Source: Marine Group I thaumarchaeote (GTDB lineage: Archaea > Thermoproteota > Nitrososphaeria > Nitrososphaerales > Nitrosopumilaceae). From it: DNA of 49,202 nucleotides. The position numbers were made by a program, and so were the translations under genes. The DNA is taken from contig CP054849.1 in assembly GCA_044358425.1 (NCBI GenBank), positions 306,826 through 356,027 on the forward strand, read 5' to 3'. This document shows positions 17,008 through 30,797 of the stretch, piece by piece (the first letter of the stretch is position 1; each line of letters opens with the position of its first letter). The notes below the pieces were generated by a model. That model made no database searches. It was not told the origin of the DNA and was given only the letters and a program-made list of their open reading frames with translations.

Positions 17008-18168
17008 TTATTGATCTTCCTGAATTTTCAATGGTTCCAACTTTTTTCTTGATATGATAGCTAATACTGTAATTCCTACTCCAATAATTGAAAATATGAT
17101 GTATGGTGTCTCGTCTCCAAATGATTGTGTTATTGGTCCACCTATAGTTGGTCCCACTGCCCAACCCAACCCAAAAATTGTTTCATAAGCTCCAATTATT
17201 TTTCCAGATATACCTTTTTTTGTTTTGCTTAAAATAATTTCTAAAGTAAGTGGGAAAAATATACTAAATCCAAATCCCATTAAAACCAAAGCAATTCCAA
17301 ATGTGATAATTGAATCTGCAACAACTGAAATTGCTAATCCTATAGAAACTGCTAATGTGGCTGCAATCAATGTATGGCTTGTTTTCTTTGCAAATTTTCC
17401 TGCTAATGCTAGTGAAATTACTCGTGAAATTCCAAATGCAAAAAATAAATACAAAACATCAGTTGCATTCATTCCTTTATCGTTGAGATATGCAGGAAAA
17501 ATTGTCAGAATAATCCCAAATGATGATGTGCAGAAAATTAGTAATGTAATTACTTCTGGAAATTTTTTCATGTCTTTAATTGCTGAAAAAGAAAATCTTT
17601 CGTGATGTACTTTGATTCTCTTTTTTGATGCTAATAATGCTGTAATTATTGCTGCTGCTAAAATGAATGCTGCAATTTGGAATAATATTCTATATGTGAT
17701 GTCGAGATTTTCTAAAAATGCAGTTCCTAATAGTGGTCCTATCATGAAACCCATCACAAAAAACATTGTAAACCAAGAGATGTTTTTAACTCTGTTTTTC
17801 TCTGTACTTTCATTTGAAATAATTGATTCGCATGGTGGCCAGAAAAATGCATGAGCCACTCCTGTCATTATTCTAAATCCTAATAATTCTGGAACTGATT
17901 GTGCAATGGATAAAAGATAGATTGATGCTGAATTGATTGCTGCTCCTATTGCTAATAGATATGCATTGTTTATTCTATCTAGTAATATTCCTACAAAAAG
18001 TGGAATGAACATGTATGGTACAAAATTTGCTAATCCAATAAGACCTAATTCTGAATATGTTGCACCAATTACATTTTTTGCAAAAATTGGTAATATTGGA
18101 CCATGAAGCCCATATGAAATACCTATGATTAATCCTGTTAGATTTACTAAGATTAGAACTCTATTCAT
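17008..18168 (-). CDS. MFS transporter
   Basis: ~12 hydrophobic segments, GILLDRIN motif A. Confidence 0.9.
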   Translation of the reverse strand: MNRVLILVNLTGLIIGISYGLHGPILPIFAKNVIGATYSELGLIGLANFVPYMFIPLFVGILLDRINNAYLLAIGAAINSASIYLLSIAQSVPELLGFRIMTGVAHAFFWPPCESIISNESTEKNRVKNISWFTMFFVMGFMIGPLLGTAFLENLDITYRILFQIAAFILAAAIITALLASKKRIKVHHERFSFSAIKDMKKFPEVITLLIFCTSSFGIILTIFPAYLNDKGMNATDVLYLFFAFGISRVISLALAGKFAKKTSHTLIAATLAVSIGLAISVVADSIITFGIALVLMGFGFSIFFPLTLEIILSKTKKGISGKIIGAYETIFGLGWAVGPTIGGPITQSFGDETPYIIFSIIGVGITVLAIISRKKLEPLKIQEDQ

Positions 18169-18857
18169 TTGTATGCCGCAACCATTATTGCGCCACCCAT
18201 AAGATCTTTTTCAAATTCTACTCGTGAAAATTTTTCTAATAACAATTCTTCTAATTTTTTATTTTGTGGCCATCTTTTGAATGTTCCATAAAGTGTTCCA
18301 AATTTTAATCCTAATTTTCCCCCTGCACTAAAAGCAAGAATTGGTAAAATGCATCTTAGATAAAATGCAACCCCTGCTCTGATAAAACTTTCATCTGGTT
18401 TACCTAAATCTACAATTACCATTCGTCCCTCTTTTTTCAATACTCGATGAATTTCAGAAATAGCAACTCTCAAATTAATTGCATCTCTTAGTGAATAACC
18501 GCATAATACTGCATCAAATTCTTCATCTCTGAATGGAATATGTTCAAAAACTCCATTTGCCATATCTGGAATTTTTTCAAAATGTGAGCCTGTATTTTTG
18601 AGCATTGGTACAAGAGGATCATAAAGAGTGATTGAAATTTCTCCGTCTGTTAGTTTTAATGCAGTTTTTGACATGTTTCCAAAACCAGAACCTGCATCTA
18701 GAATTTTATTTCCTTTGAGAACTCTTCCTGAAATTCCTCGATTTCTATGTTCTACATCTTTTCCTAATGAAATTATTGAATTTACTTTATCATAAATTGG
18801 AATGATTTCACGGAGTACTTCGATTACTTCGCTCCAGTAACTACTTCCTAAACCCAT
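18165..18857 (-). CDS. UbiE/MenG-like methyltransferase
   Basis: YDKVNSIISLG, LDAGSGFG, EIHRVLK. Confidence 0.85.
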   Translation of the reverse strand: MGLGSSYWSEVIEVLREIIPIYDKVNSIISLGKDVEHRNRGISGRVLKGNKILDAGSGFGNMSKTALKLTDGEISITLYDPLVPMLKNTGSHFEKIPDMANGVFEHIPFRDEEFDAVLCGYSLRDAINLRVAISEIHRVLKKEGRMVIVDLGKPDESFIRAGVAFYLRCILPILAFSAGGKLGLKFGTLYGTFKRWPQNKKLEELLLEKFSRVEFEKDLMGGAIMVAAYK

Positions 18858-18907
18858 TATCTAAATTCTCCTTATGTCTGATTGAATATTTTTCAAATCT
18901 AAAACTT

Positions 18908-19633
18908 CTATTCGTTTGAAAATTTGGATACATTTTTAGAATAATTTTCTAAATCTGCTTCTGAAACTTTTTCAAAAACTTTTGATTCTGATGAAACTTT
19001 GGCCATTTTGACATTCTTAATTTCATCTTTAACTTCATCTTTCAAATTTATACATGCAATAGCTAATGCTGCTGCATCTTCTAAACTCATGTCTGGATTA
19101 TAATTTTTTTCTAAAAATGAATTGACTTCATCTGCACCTGCACCAATTGCAACTGCTGTGAATTGTACATATGTTCCGCTAGGATCAATTACATAGATTG
19201 CTTCTCCTTTCTGATCAATTCCTGCAATAATCATTGAGACTCCGTTTGGACGCACTCCACCATATTGAGTAAATTGATGAGCTGTATCTGCTAAGTATTT
19301 TGAAACAGTAGCAATTTCTACTGATTCATCATATGTCATTCTATTTCCTTGTGAGAATGCTCTTGCATTATCCACTTGAACTCGTGCATCTGGAATATAT
19401 CCTGCTGCTGCAACTCCAATATGATAATCTACTTGAAAAATTTTTTGTGTAATATTTTTAGTTTGTAAAGTTCTTGCTTTTTCTTCTACTGCCATGATTA
19501 CGCCTTGTTTGGTACTAATGCCAATAGCTAATGTTCCTCTTTTTACCGTCTCAATTGCATATTCGACTTGATAGATTCTACCATCAGGAGAATACATTGT
19601 TGGTGTCATGTCGTAACCGCGTGATGCCATCAT
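18908..19633 (-). CDS. psmA: proteasome subunit alpha
   Basis: GYD..TMYSPDGRIYQVEYA signature. Confidence 0.97.
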   Translation of the reverse strand: MMASRGYDMTPTMYSPDGRIYQVEYAIETVKRGTLAIGISTKQGVIMAVEEKARTLQTKNITQKIFQVDYHIGVAAAGYIPDARVQVDNARAFSQGNRMTYDESVEIATVSKYLADTAHQFTQYGGVRPNGVSMIIAGIDQKGEAIYVIDPSGTYVQFTAVAIGAGADEVNSFLEKNYNPDMSLEDAAALAIACINLKDEVKDEIKNVKMAKVSSESKVFEKVSEADLENYSKNVSKFSNE

Positions 19634-19768
19634 GATAATACAACTTTATTCCCAGTCAATTTAAGGGTAATTATCTCTCAATTATTTTAGAATTTTTGAA
19701 AATCTAAAATCTTAATATTCAATTTTAAACCAAACTTATATAATCTGAATTAGAATACTATCGTTATC

Positions 19769-21043
19769 ATGGTAAAATCTGATCCATTTGCCAATGCAAC
19801 TAAGCAAGTGAATGATGCTTGTGACATACTTGGAATTAATGATAAGGGCATTCGTGAATATCTTGCAATGCCAAATAAAATGTTGAGAGTTAAAATTCCT
19901 GTAAAAATGGATAATGGAAAAATTAGAGTATTTACTGGTTTTAGAAGTCAACACAATAACGATAGAGGTCCATACAAAGGGGGCATTCGTTATTTCACCC
20001 CTGAAGGTGGTGTTGAGTATATGGAAAGAGAAGTTATGGCATTATCATCATGGATGACTTGGAAATGTGCAATTGTTGATGTTCCACTAGGTGGAGCAAA
20101 AGGTGCTGTTTACGTAAACCCAAAAACTGAAAAACTCAGTGATGGGGAAATGGAAAGATTGACTAGAGGTTTTGCTTACAAAATTGCAGAAATTATTGGA
20201 CCTGAGAAAGATATTCCTGCACCTGATGTTTATACTACTGGTAGAGAAATGACCCAAATTATGGATACGTTTAGTAAATTAAATGGAAACAAATACTCTC
20301 CAGGTGTAATTACTGGAAAACCAATTCCTATGGGTGGTTCTTTAGCAAGAAATGTTGCTACTGGATTGGGTACAGCATATACTGTTAGAGAAGCTGCAAA
20401 AACTTTGAAAATAAAATTAAAAGGTGCAAAAGTAATTTTACAAGGATTTGGAAATGCTTCTACTTTTGCTGGTGAATATTTAGAAAAAATGGGTGCAGTT
20501 GTAGTTGGAGTCAGTGATTCCAAAGGTTCAATTTTAATTCCTAAAGGTGCCAAAGTAAGTAAAATTTTAGAACACAAAGACAAAACTGGATCAGTTGTAG
20601 GATTTACTGGAAGTAAAAAAGTCTCAACTGAAGAATTGCTAACTGCAAAATGTGAAATTTTAATTCCTGGAGCCTTAGAAAATCAAATAACTGCAAAAAT
20701 TGCTGAAAAATTAAATTGTAAAATTATTGGTGAAGCTGCAAATGGGCCAACATTACCTGAAGCTGATCCTGTAATTGAAAAGAAAAAAATTCTTGTAGTT
20801 CCTGATATTTTAGCAAATTCTGGTGGTGTATGTATCTCCTATTTAGAATGGGTTCAAAACAATATGGGATACTATTGGAGTTTTGATGAAGTTGCATCAA
20901 AGATGGAAAAAAATATCACACAAGGATTCAAAGATGCATATGCATTATCCAAAAAACACAAAGTTGACATGCGAAAAGCTACCATGGTTTTAGCTGTTGA
21001 ACGTGTTCTAGAAGCATTTAATCATAAAGGCATTTGGCCATAG
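19769..21043 (+). CDS. gdhA: glutamate dehydrogenase
   Basis: GPYKGGIR, GGAKG, PAPDV, QGFGN, EAANGP. Confidence 0.95.
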   Translation: MVKSDPFANATKQVNDACDILGINDKGIREYLAMPNKMLRVKIPVKMDNGKIRVFTGFRSQHNNDRGPYKGGIRYFTPEGGVEYMEREVMALSSWMTWKCAIVDVPLGGAKGAVYVNPKTEKLSDGEMERLTRGFAYKIAEIIGPEKDIPAPDVYTTGREMTQIMDTFSKLNGNKYSPGVITGKPIPMGGSLARNVATGLGTAYTVREAAKTLKIKLKGAKVILQGFGNASTFAGEYLEKMGAVVVGVSDSKGSILIPKGAKVSKILEHKDKTGSVVGFTGSKKVSTEELLTAKCEILIPGALENQITAKIAEKLNCKIIGEAANGPTLPEADPVIEKKKILVVPDILANSGGVCISYLEWVQNNMGYYWSFDEVASKMEKNITQGFKDAYALSKKHKVDMRKATMVLAVERVLEAFNHKGIWP

Positions 21044-21066
21044 TTTGATTATTTTTAATTTCTATA

Positions 21067-21750
21067 ATGTCTGATGTTTTATTAGTACAAAATACTAGAA
21101 TTGAGGGCTCAGGACATTTAGGTCAATTATTGTCTGATGATGGATTTGATATTACATCAGTTCATGCAAAACATGAAAAAATACCTAAAAGACATTTTTC
21201 ATTTGCAGTAATCTTGGGAGCTCCAGAAAGTGCAAATGATGATTTACCATATTTAATTGAGGAACGAAAATTAATTAAAAATTATGTTGAAAATTCAATT
21301 CCTGTCTTGGGAATTTGTTTGGGTTCTCAATTAATTGCAAAAACTTTTGGATCTTCAGTATATAGGGGTCCGATTACTGAAATTGGATTTTATGATGATT
21401 TGACTATTACAAGTAATTCTAAATTATTTGATGGATTCAAAAATCCTTTTTCAGTATTTCATTGGCATGGGGATACTTTTGATTTGCCTTCAGGTGCTAC
21501 TAGATTAGCCTCATCTGAAAATTATCAAAATCAAGCATTTCAATACAAAAGTGCAATTGGTCTCCAATTTCATCTTGAAGTAAATGAACAAATGGTAAAT
21601 CTTTGGTTAGATAAAACCGAAGAAAAATTGCATAAAATCCCTCACATAGATCCACAACAAATTCGTTTAGATGTTGATCGAAATATTTCCACTGTTAAAT
21701 CTAACATGGGAACTTTTTACAAAAATTTTAAATCACAATTTTCGCTTTGA
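21067..21750 (+). CDS. class I glutamine amidotransferase-like protein
   Basis: GICLGSQL, WHGD, QFHLE catalytic triad. Confidence 0.9.
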   Translation: MSDVLLVQNTRIEGSGHLGQLLSDDGFDITSVHAKHEKIPKRHFSFAVILGAPESANDDLPYLIEERKLIKNYVENSIPVLGICLGSQLIAKTFGSSVYRGPITEIGFYDDLTITSNSKLFDGFKNPFSVFHWHGDTFDLPSGATRLASSENYQNQAFQYKSAIGLQFHLEVNEQMVNLWLDKTEEKLHKIPHIDPQQIRLDVDRNISTVKSNMGTFYKNFKSQFSL

Positions 21751-23910
<2,160 letters not shown>

Positions 23911-23937
23911 ATAACATTTAATTCTCGCATGTCTTGA

Positions 23938-24708
<771 letters not shown>

Positions 24709-24814
24709 GCTATTTCAATCTCTTTTTATTTTTATTATATTTTGAGCCTATTTTAATTACTAGTGTGTTGCAGGGGAAAAGCTTATTATAATTTAAAATT
24801 GATTTTTGATCATA

Positions 24815-25165
24815 ATGGCAACTGAACAAACACAAAAAATGGTTACAGTTACTGCAAAAGCAGCTGAGAAAATTCATGAATTCATGAAAGAGGAAGCCGA
24901 ATCACCTGAATACTTACGAGTATATGTTCAAGGTGGTGGTTGTTCTGGATTATCTTATGGAATGGGCTTTGAAAAAGCACCAGAAGAAGATGATTTAGTT
25001 CTTGAAGAAAATGGAGTTAAACTCTTAGTTGACAGTTACAGTGTCGATCATTTACAAGGTGCAAACGTTGACTATATTGAAAGCCTAATGGGATCTGGAT
25101 TTAAAATTAATAATCCAAATGTTACAAAATCCTGTTCATGTGGTCACTCATTTAGTACTGAATAA
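24815..25165 (+). CDS. erpA: A-type Fe-S carrier (IscA/ErpA/HesB)
   Basis: GGCSGLSY, CSCGHSF. Confidence 0.92.
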   Translation: MATEQTQKMVTVTAKAAEKIHEFMKEEAESPEYLRVYVQGGGCSGLSYGMGFEKAPEEDDLVLEENGVKLLVDSYSVDHLQGANVDYIESLMGSGFKINNPNVTKSCSCGHSFSTE

Positions 25166-25295
25166 ACTAGTATCATTATTTTCATTTTTTAATATCTTTA
25201 GCGTATGCTATATTGAAAATTTACTCTATTTTGCGATACCCTCATATATCCTAGTTTGGAAATGAGAATATAATGATAAAGGAGATGAAGAATTT

Positions 25296-26438
25296 ATGCC
25301 TCAATCAGGAATTGTCAAATATCACGTTAAACTTTCCTATGAAGTTGATGGACTCGTTGAAAGAGCAGATATAATCGGAGCCATCTTTGGCCAAACAGAA
25401 GGACTGTTAGGCCCAGAGATGAATTTGAATGAACTGCAACGAGTTTCTAAAGTAGGACGTATTGAAGTTATTGCAAAATCAACAGCTAATACTACAAGTG
25501 GTAATGCTGTTATTCCAATGAGTACTGACATTGATACTTGTGCATTAATTGCAGCTGGTATAGAAAGTATTGATAAGGTTGGTCCTTTTGATTGTAAATT
25601 TGCATTAGATGCAATTGATGATGTACGTGCAGCAAAGAAAGACGATATTGTAAAACGTGCAAAAGAAATCAAACAAAAATGGGCAACTAAAACAGTTAGT
25701 GAAGGTGAAACTATGTTAAATGATGTTCACCAAGGTGATTCTGGAAAATTATCAAGTTATGGACCATCTAAATTAACATGCAGTTCTGGAGTCTTTGATT
25801 CTAACTGGATTATTTTAGTTGAAGGTAGAGCTGATGTGATTAATCTTTTGAGAGCTGGATATGATAATGTCCTTGCAATTGAAGGTGCAAAAATTGATGA
25901 ATCAATTAAAGAATTATGCTCAGAAAAAGATACTGTTGTTGCATTTATTGATGGGGATAGAGCCGGTGGTTTTATTCTCAAAGAATTAAAATCTGTTGTA
26001 ACTCTAGATTATGAATTACAAGCTGACACTGGTGTTGAAGTTGAAGAATTAACCCCTCAAAGATTAGACGAAATTCTACAACCAATTGTTGATGAAATTA
26101 AAAATGGTAAACCTGCTCCTGCATTAAAGAGTGAGGATGATAAATCTATTGCAGATGTTGCTTCAAAAATTTTCCCAAATCTTAATGAAACTTTAGAAGC
26201 AGTTGCATTAGATGGTGATCAAAATGAAATCTTTAAAGTTCCAATCAGTGAAGTTGTAAGTAAATTATCTTCTCAATCTGGCATCAAATATCTTCTATTG
26301 GATGGAATAATCACCAAGAGATTATTAGAAGGCGCTAAAAATGCTGGAATTGAATGTGTTATTGGACATAGAGTTGCAAAATTGACTAACTCTGATGGTA
26401 TGACACTAAAAACATTTGCTGATTTAGGCGTATCTTAG
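25296..26438 (+). CDS. dnaG: archaeal DnaG-like protein
   Basis: IIGAIFGQTEGLLG, TOPRIM VEGRADV...DGDRAG. Confidence 0.95.
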   Translation: MPQSGIVKYHVKLSYEVDGLVERADIIGAIFGQTEGLLGPEMNLNELQRVSKVGRIEVIAKSTANTTSGNAVIPMSTDIDTCALIAAGIESIDKVGPFDCKFALDAIDDVRAAKKDDIVKRAKEIKQKWATKTVSEGETMLNDVHQGDSGKLSSYGPSKLTCSSGVFDSNWIILVEGRADVINLLRAGYDNVLAIEGAKIDESIKELCSEKDTVVAFIDGDRAGGFILKELKSVVTLDYELQADTGVEVEELTPQRLDEILQPIVDEIKNGKPAPALKSEDDKSIADVASKIFPNLNETLEAVALDGDQNEIFKVPISEVVSKLSSQSGIKYLLLDGIITKRLLEGAKNAGIECVIGHRVAKLTNSDGMTLKTFADLGVS

Positions 26439-26446
26439 GATTTTAG

Positions 26447-27130
26447 ATGACTGAACTAAAAATTCAGCACCTTTTAACTCTCTCTTATCTATTATCTAAA
26501 GGAGCAAAATACAACTATGTTACAATAACAACTTCTGCATTAGGAAAAAATATCCATAAATCACAACAAGCTGCCTCAAAACATTTGTTAGAATTAGAAC
26601 AAAACAAATTCATCTCTAGAATAATTAGTGGAAGAAATCTATCTGTAAAAATTACTAATAAGGGGTATTCTGAGATTGTGAAATTATCTTCTATGTTGCA
26701 AAAAAGTTTGGATTCTTCTCCTTCCGTTGTTAATCTTCAAGGAACTTTAGTTTCAGGAATGGGTGAAGGAGCTTACTATATGGGATTGAAAGGATATACA
26801 AAACAGTTTAAATCAAAAATTGGATATGTTCCATTTCCTGGAACTCTAAATGTTCGTTTAGACAAAAAAATTCATCAAGAAGCAATGAAACAATTTGAAA
26901 CTCTGGATGGAGTTAAAATTAAAAGTTTTTCTGATGGAAAGCGAACATATGGTTGGGTTAAGTGTTTTTCTGCTAAACTAAATAATTCAATTAAATGTCA
27001 ATTAATTATTCTTGAACGAACTCATCATGATGAATCCGTAATTGAATTAATTTCCAAAACATGTATTCGTAAAAACACTAAATTGAAAGATGGTTCAAAA
27101 ATTTCAATAAAAATTGAAATAGATTCTTAG
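26447..27130 (+). CDS. ribK: CTP-dependent riboflavin kinase with N-terminal wHTH
   Basis: SQQAASKHL HTH, VSGMGEG, PFPGTLN, ERTHH. Confidence 0.92.
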   Translation: MTELKIQHLLTLSYLLSKGAKYNYVTITTSALGKNIHKSQQAASKHLLELEQNKFISRIISGRNLSVKITNKGYSEIVKLSSMLQKSLDSSPSVVNLQGTLVSGMGEGAYYMGLKGYTKQFKSKIGYVPFPGTLNVRLDKKIHQEAMKQFETLDGVKIKSFSDGKRTYGWVKCFSAKLNNSIKCQLIILERTHHDESVIELISKTCIRKNTKLKDGSKISIKIEIDS

Positions 27131-27744
27131 ATCCCGTGAATTGATTCCCCGTACTCTTTTTCTATTTTAGAGCTAGAGCTTTCTGGAATAGGTGATTGTA
27201 ATCTGGCGACTTTTGCATCTAATTTGATTTTTTTACATCCTTCTGTAATGAACTGTTCTTGATGAACTTGATCATATCCTAATGCAATAATTTGTGGTTT
27301 AACTAAATTTACTGTTTTAAAAATATCATTTTCTTGTCCAATCAAACATAAATCTACTACAGATAATGAATTAACTAATTCTTGTCTTTGTTCTTGACTG
27401 TGAATTGGTCTTCTTTTTTTCATTTTTACAGCTGTATTGTCTGTGGCTACAACCACAACTAAGACATCCCCTAATGCCTTAGCTGCATTCAATGTAGAAA
27501 TATGACCTGGATGTATGATATCAAATACTCCTCCTGCTAATACTACTCGTAATGACCCCCTACCAATTTCAGTTAATGTCATTTCATCTTGATTAACTAA
27601 ATTATCTTGGGTTAGTTTTTCCATTTTTTCAGAAATTTGTTTTTCTGAAATCATATTATTTTGTAAAATTTTCTCTATGGGGTTTTCTCCAGTAATCTCA
27701 CTTAGATATAATGTTGATAAGATCTTGTTTTCAATTTGTTTCAA
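27127..27744 (-). CDS. ribL: FAD synthetase (cytidylyltransferase family) with N-terminal wHTH-like extension
   Basis: GGVFDIIHPGH, LGYDQ, SSSKI; next to ribK; TTG start inferred. Confidence 0.8.
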   Translation of the reverse strand: MKQIENKILSTLYLSEITGENPIEKILQNNMISEKQISEKMEKLTQDNLVNQDEMTLTEIGRGSLRVVLAGGVFDIIHPGHISTLNAAKALGDVLVVVVATDNTAVKMKKRRPIHSQEQRQELVNSLSVVDLCLIGQENDIFKTVNLVKPQIIALGYDQVHQEQFITEGCKKIKLDAKVARLQSPIPESSSSKIEKEYGESIHGI

Positions 27745-27787
27745 TGTCTTTTTACCTTTTGACCTACTCTTTAATTTATTGATAATA

Positions 27788-28825
27788 TTACATTTTAAAT
27801 TCAAGGCCTTTTGCTAATCTTAGTGCATCTACTAACCCATCAGCATACCCAATGCTTAAAATCGCATTCTCATCTCGACCTTCACCTAGAAATATCTCTG
27901 CATCCTTAATGTATCGTTCAGCATTATCCAAAATTACTTCAAACTCTTTTTGATTTTTATAAAGTGGTTCAATTTCTTCTAGTGCTTCTCTAACCATTGG
28001 AACATATTTTTTCATCATTTGATTTGAAATTTTTTCTGTTTTTTCAGAATTATCAAATGGTTCATCAATACATTTTCCAAATAATTTTAATGCATCTGAT
28101 TCTGTAAAATGTAGTCTGCCTGGAATGATGATTGTATGTGGTGGTTTTCCAAAATCTGTTTCTTTCAAATTAGATATTTTCCCACAAATAATTGCTTGAT
28201 CCTTAAAACCTATTCTTGATGCAATAATTGCATAATTTGATTCTGTAATTACATTTCTTGTTTGACCTTGTTCAGTTTCCAATAAACCTTTTAATGCATC
28301 TTTAGGATCCAAGAAAAATTTTTTGTCTTGATTATATTCTAACAAAAGCACTGTGTGATTACCTTCAATCAAATTTTTATAAATTACATAATATGGTGTT
28401 GTAAGTGATTTCATTTCACTCATTATTGTTGCAATTCTCCCAATTTTGTAAAAATGCAAGCCACATTCTCCAATCATAGATGTCAATGATGATGAAGCAT
28501 GGATAGAATGTGTTTTAATTTTATTTTCAATTGCTCTTGCTCTTAATTCGATATGTGTTGTTGCAATGTATGGATCCCCATATGCTAATAAAACTACATT
28601 TTTTTCTTTTGACATTTCTAAAATTTCATTTCCATCTTCCACTAACCATCTTTTAGCCAGCTTGAATTCACCTTTGATTGAATCTTGAATTTTTTTTAAA
28701 TCTGATTCACTAATGGGACTAGTAAATTGTTCTAAATACACAATGTCTGCAGTTGAAATTGTTTCTAATCCTTCAATGGGGATTGATTCAAAACCTGATA
28801 TTCCTAAACCTACAAACGATAACAT
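27788..28825 (-). CDS. dph5: diphthine synthase with C-terminal DUF357-like domain
   Basis: GDPYIATTH, GLHFYKIG, HTVLLL, FGKPPH; tail YIKDA..F...AILSIGYADG..DA. Confidence 0.93.
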   Translation of the reverse strand: MLSFVGLGISGFESIPIEGLETISTADIVYLEQFTSPISESDLKKIQDSIKGEFKLAKRWLVEDGNEILEMSKEKNVVLLAYGDPYIATTHIELRARAIENKIKTHSIHASSSLTSMIGECGLHFYKIGRIATIMSEMKSLTTPYYVIYKNLIEGNHTVLLLEYNQDKKFFLDPKDALKGLLETEQGQTRNVITESNYAIIASRIGFKDQAIICGKISNLKETDFGKPPHTIIIPGRLHFTESDALKLFGKCIDEPFDNSEKTEKISNQMMKKYVPMVREALEEIEPLYKNQKEFEVILDNAERYIKDAEIFLGEGRDENAILSIGYADGLVDALRLAKGLEFKM

Positions 28826-29952
28826 TATTGCAATTTTTTATCATGTAGCCTTTTTAAATGCTGTAGAGTAGCTTTGAAAATTTCTATTCCTTTAAGATAT
28901 TCCTCAATTGAAACTTTTTCATCAATTGTATGTGCTTCGTGAGGATCCCCTGGACCATATGTTACAACTGGAATTTCCCACTGATTCCCTAAAACATTCA
29001 TGTCTCCAGTACCTGTTTTTCGAATTAATGTTGGTCTTGATTTCTCCACTTGCATAATTCCTAAAGTAAATGCTCTTACTAATGATGAATTATGAGGTGC
29101 TTCAAATGGTTCAGTCTCATCTAAAATTGAATAAAATGCATCCACTTCTCTTTCTTGAGAGATTTCTTTAACTAGTGTTGCAATTTTTTGTTCAATACTT
29201 TTACAATTCATATCTACCGGAATTCTGATGTCAAAAAGAGTTTCACATTCTTTAGGGGTGATGTTGTGACTTGTTCCTCCTTTAATTTCTGTCATTGTCG
29301 CTGTTAACAACATTCCTTTTGTTTTGTCTTCTTGATTTGCTTCTAGTTTTTCTTTTAATTCTTTAACAAATATTATTGATTCTTCAATTGCATTTTTTGA
29401 AAGCCATGGAGCACTAGCATGAGAACTATCTGCAGCACTAATTTTTAGTTTGATTGCTAATCTTCCTTTGTAAGCAATTGTCACTTGTTTGATTCCACTT
29501 GGTTCTCCAAATACTGCATAATCTATATCCATTTTCTTTTTTACAATATTTTTAATTCCTACTGCATTTCCTTCTTCATCCACAGCTCCTACAAAAGTAA
29601 CAGTTCCTTGATTTTTTTCAATTGATGCAGCCGCAAAAAGCATTGCCATTAATGGTGCTTTGGCATCAGAAGCACCACGACCATAAAGTGAATCTCCTTC
29701 TTTTCTGACTTTGACTTTTCCTGGAACTACATCCATGTGTCCACATAACATGATTTTTGGTGAACCTGAACCTTTCTTTGCGATAATATTCCCAACTTCA
29801 TCAATTTGTATGTCTTCAAATCCTAAATCATCGCATTTATCAGCTAAAAATTCTGCCATTGGTCTTTCGCTAAGTGATGGTGTGTATAGTCGAAGTGCTT
29901 TTTCCAGCATTTTTGTTGCAAATTTTGGTGTTACAGTGAAATGGGTGTTCAA
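28825..29952 (-). CDS. lysK: [LysW]-lysine/ornithine hydrolase (M20)
   Basis: GHMDVV, GRGASDAK, DEEG, YGPG..AHT; context in lys operon. Confidence 0.9.
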   Translation of the reverse strand: MNTHFTVTPKFATKMLEKALRLYTPSLSERPMAEFLADKCDDLGFEDIQIDEVGNIIAKKGSGSPKIMLCGHMDVVPGKVKVRKEGDSLYGRGASDAKAPLMAMLFAAASIEKNQGTVTFVGAVDEEGNAVGIKNIVKKKMDIDYAVFGEPSGIKQVTIAYKGRLAIKLKISAADSSHASAPWLSKNAIEESIIFVKELKEKLEANQEDKTKGMLLTATMTEIKGGTSHNITPKECETLFDIRIPVDMNCKSIEQKIATLVKEISQEREVDAFYSILDETEPFEAPHNSSLVRAFTLGIMQVEKSRPTLIRKTGTGDMNVLGNQWEIPVVTYGPGDPHEAHTIDEKVSIEEYLKGIEIFKATLQHLKRLHDKKLQ

Positions 29953-29954
29953 CT

Positions 29955-30797
29955 TTATCGTTCTACTTTCATTGCGTAATCCAGCATTAGAGAAGGTATG
30001 TCTACATCACATACTCTTACAGTGTTTTTGTATTCTGTTGTATTGTTAACTTCATGAACCACTAACCCTTTTTCTTCACTTTCCATTAAATCTACACCTA
30101 CAATATCTCCTTGTACAGCTTGTTTTGCTTTGATACACATTTCTTCCATTTCTTGTGTAACTTTGCATGGTTCAGCAATTCCACCTAATGCCATGTTTGT
30201 TTTCCAATGTTCTGATTTTCTATATATTGCAGCAACTATTTTGTCTCCTACCATAATTGCTCTGATATCTCTTGGAGGTCTTTTTACAAATTCTTCTAAA
30301 TAATGAATTTGGTAAATTGGATACATAGTTTCTCTGCTTTCAATAATTCCTTCTGCTGAATCTTTGTCATTTAGTTTTGAAATTAACCTGCCCCAACTGC
30401 CAACTGTTGGTTTTATGACTTTTGGATATCCATCTGTTTCTAATGCTTGAATAGCTGCATCTTTTGAAAATGCTACTGTTGCATCTGGTGTTGGAACGCC
30501 TGATTTTTTTAGTAACATATGTGTGAATAATTTATTTCCTGCAAAAACTCCTGTGTTTAAACAATTGATTACTTTAACTCCCATTCCTTCAAGAGCTGCT
30601 GTTGAATGTAAATTTCTGTAGTAACTAACACATCGTTGAATAACTACTCCGTAATCTTCAGGTTTTTTTTCTAAATCTAAAGCAAGTTTTTTACAATCAA
30701 CCATCTGTATGTTGATGTCTTTTTTTTTACCTGCTTCTAGTAGAGCTTTTTCTTCCCAACGTATGGAATCGTAAAGAATTGTAACATCAGGATTCAC
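29955..30797 (-). CDS. lysX: alpha-aminoadipate--LysW ligase
   Basis: RimK-type ATP-grasp, KPTVGSWGR, WKTNMALG, EVNNTTEY; GTG overlaps lysW stop. Confidence 0.9.
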   Translation of the reverse strand: MNPDVTILYDSIRWEEKALLEAGKKKDINIQMVDCKKLALDLEKKPEDYGVVIQRCVSYYRNLHSTAALEGMGVKVINCLNTGVFAGNKLFTHMLLKKSGVPTPDATVAFSKDAAIQALETDGYPKVIKPTVGSWGRLISKLNDKDSAEGIIESRETMYPIYQIHYLEEFVKRPPRDIRAIMVGDKIVAAIYRKSEHWKTNMALGGIAEPCKVTQEMEEMCIKAKQAVQGDIVGVDLMESEEKGLVVHEVNNTTEYKNTVRVCDVDIPSLMLDYAMKVER

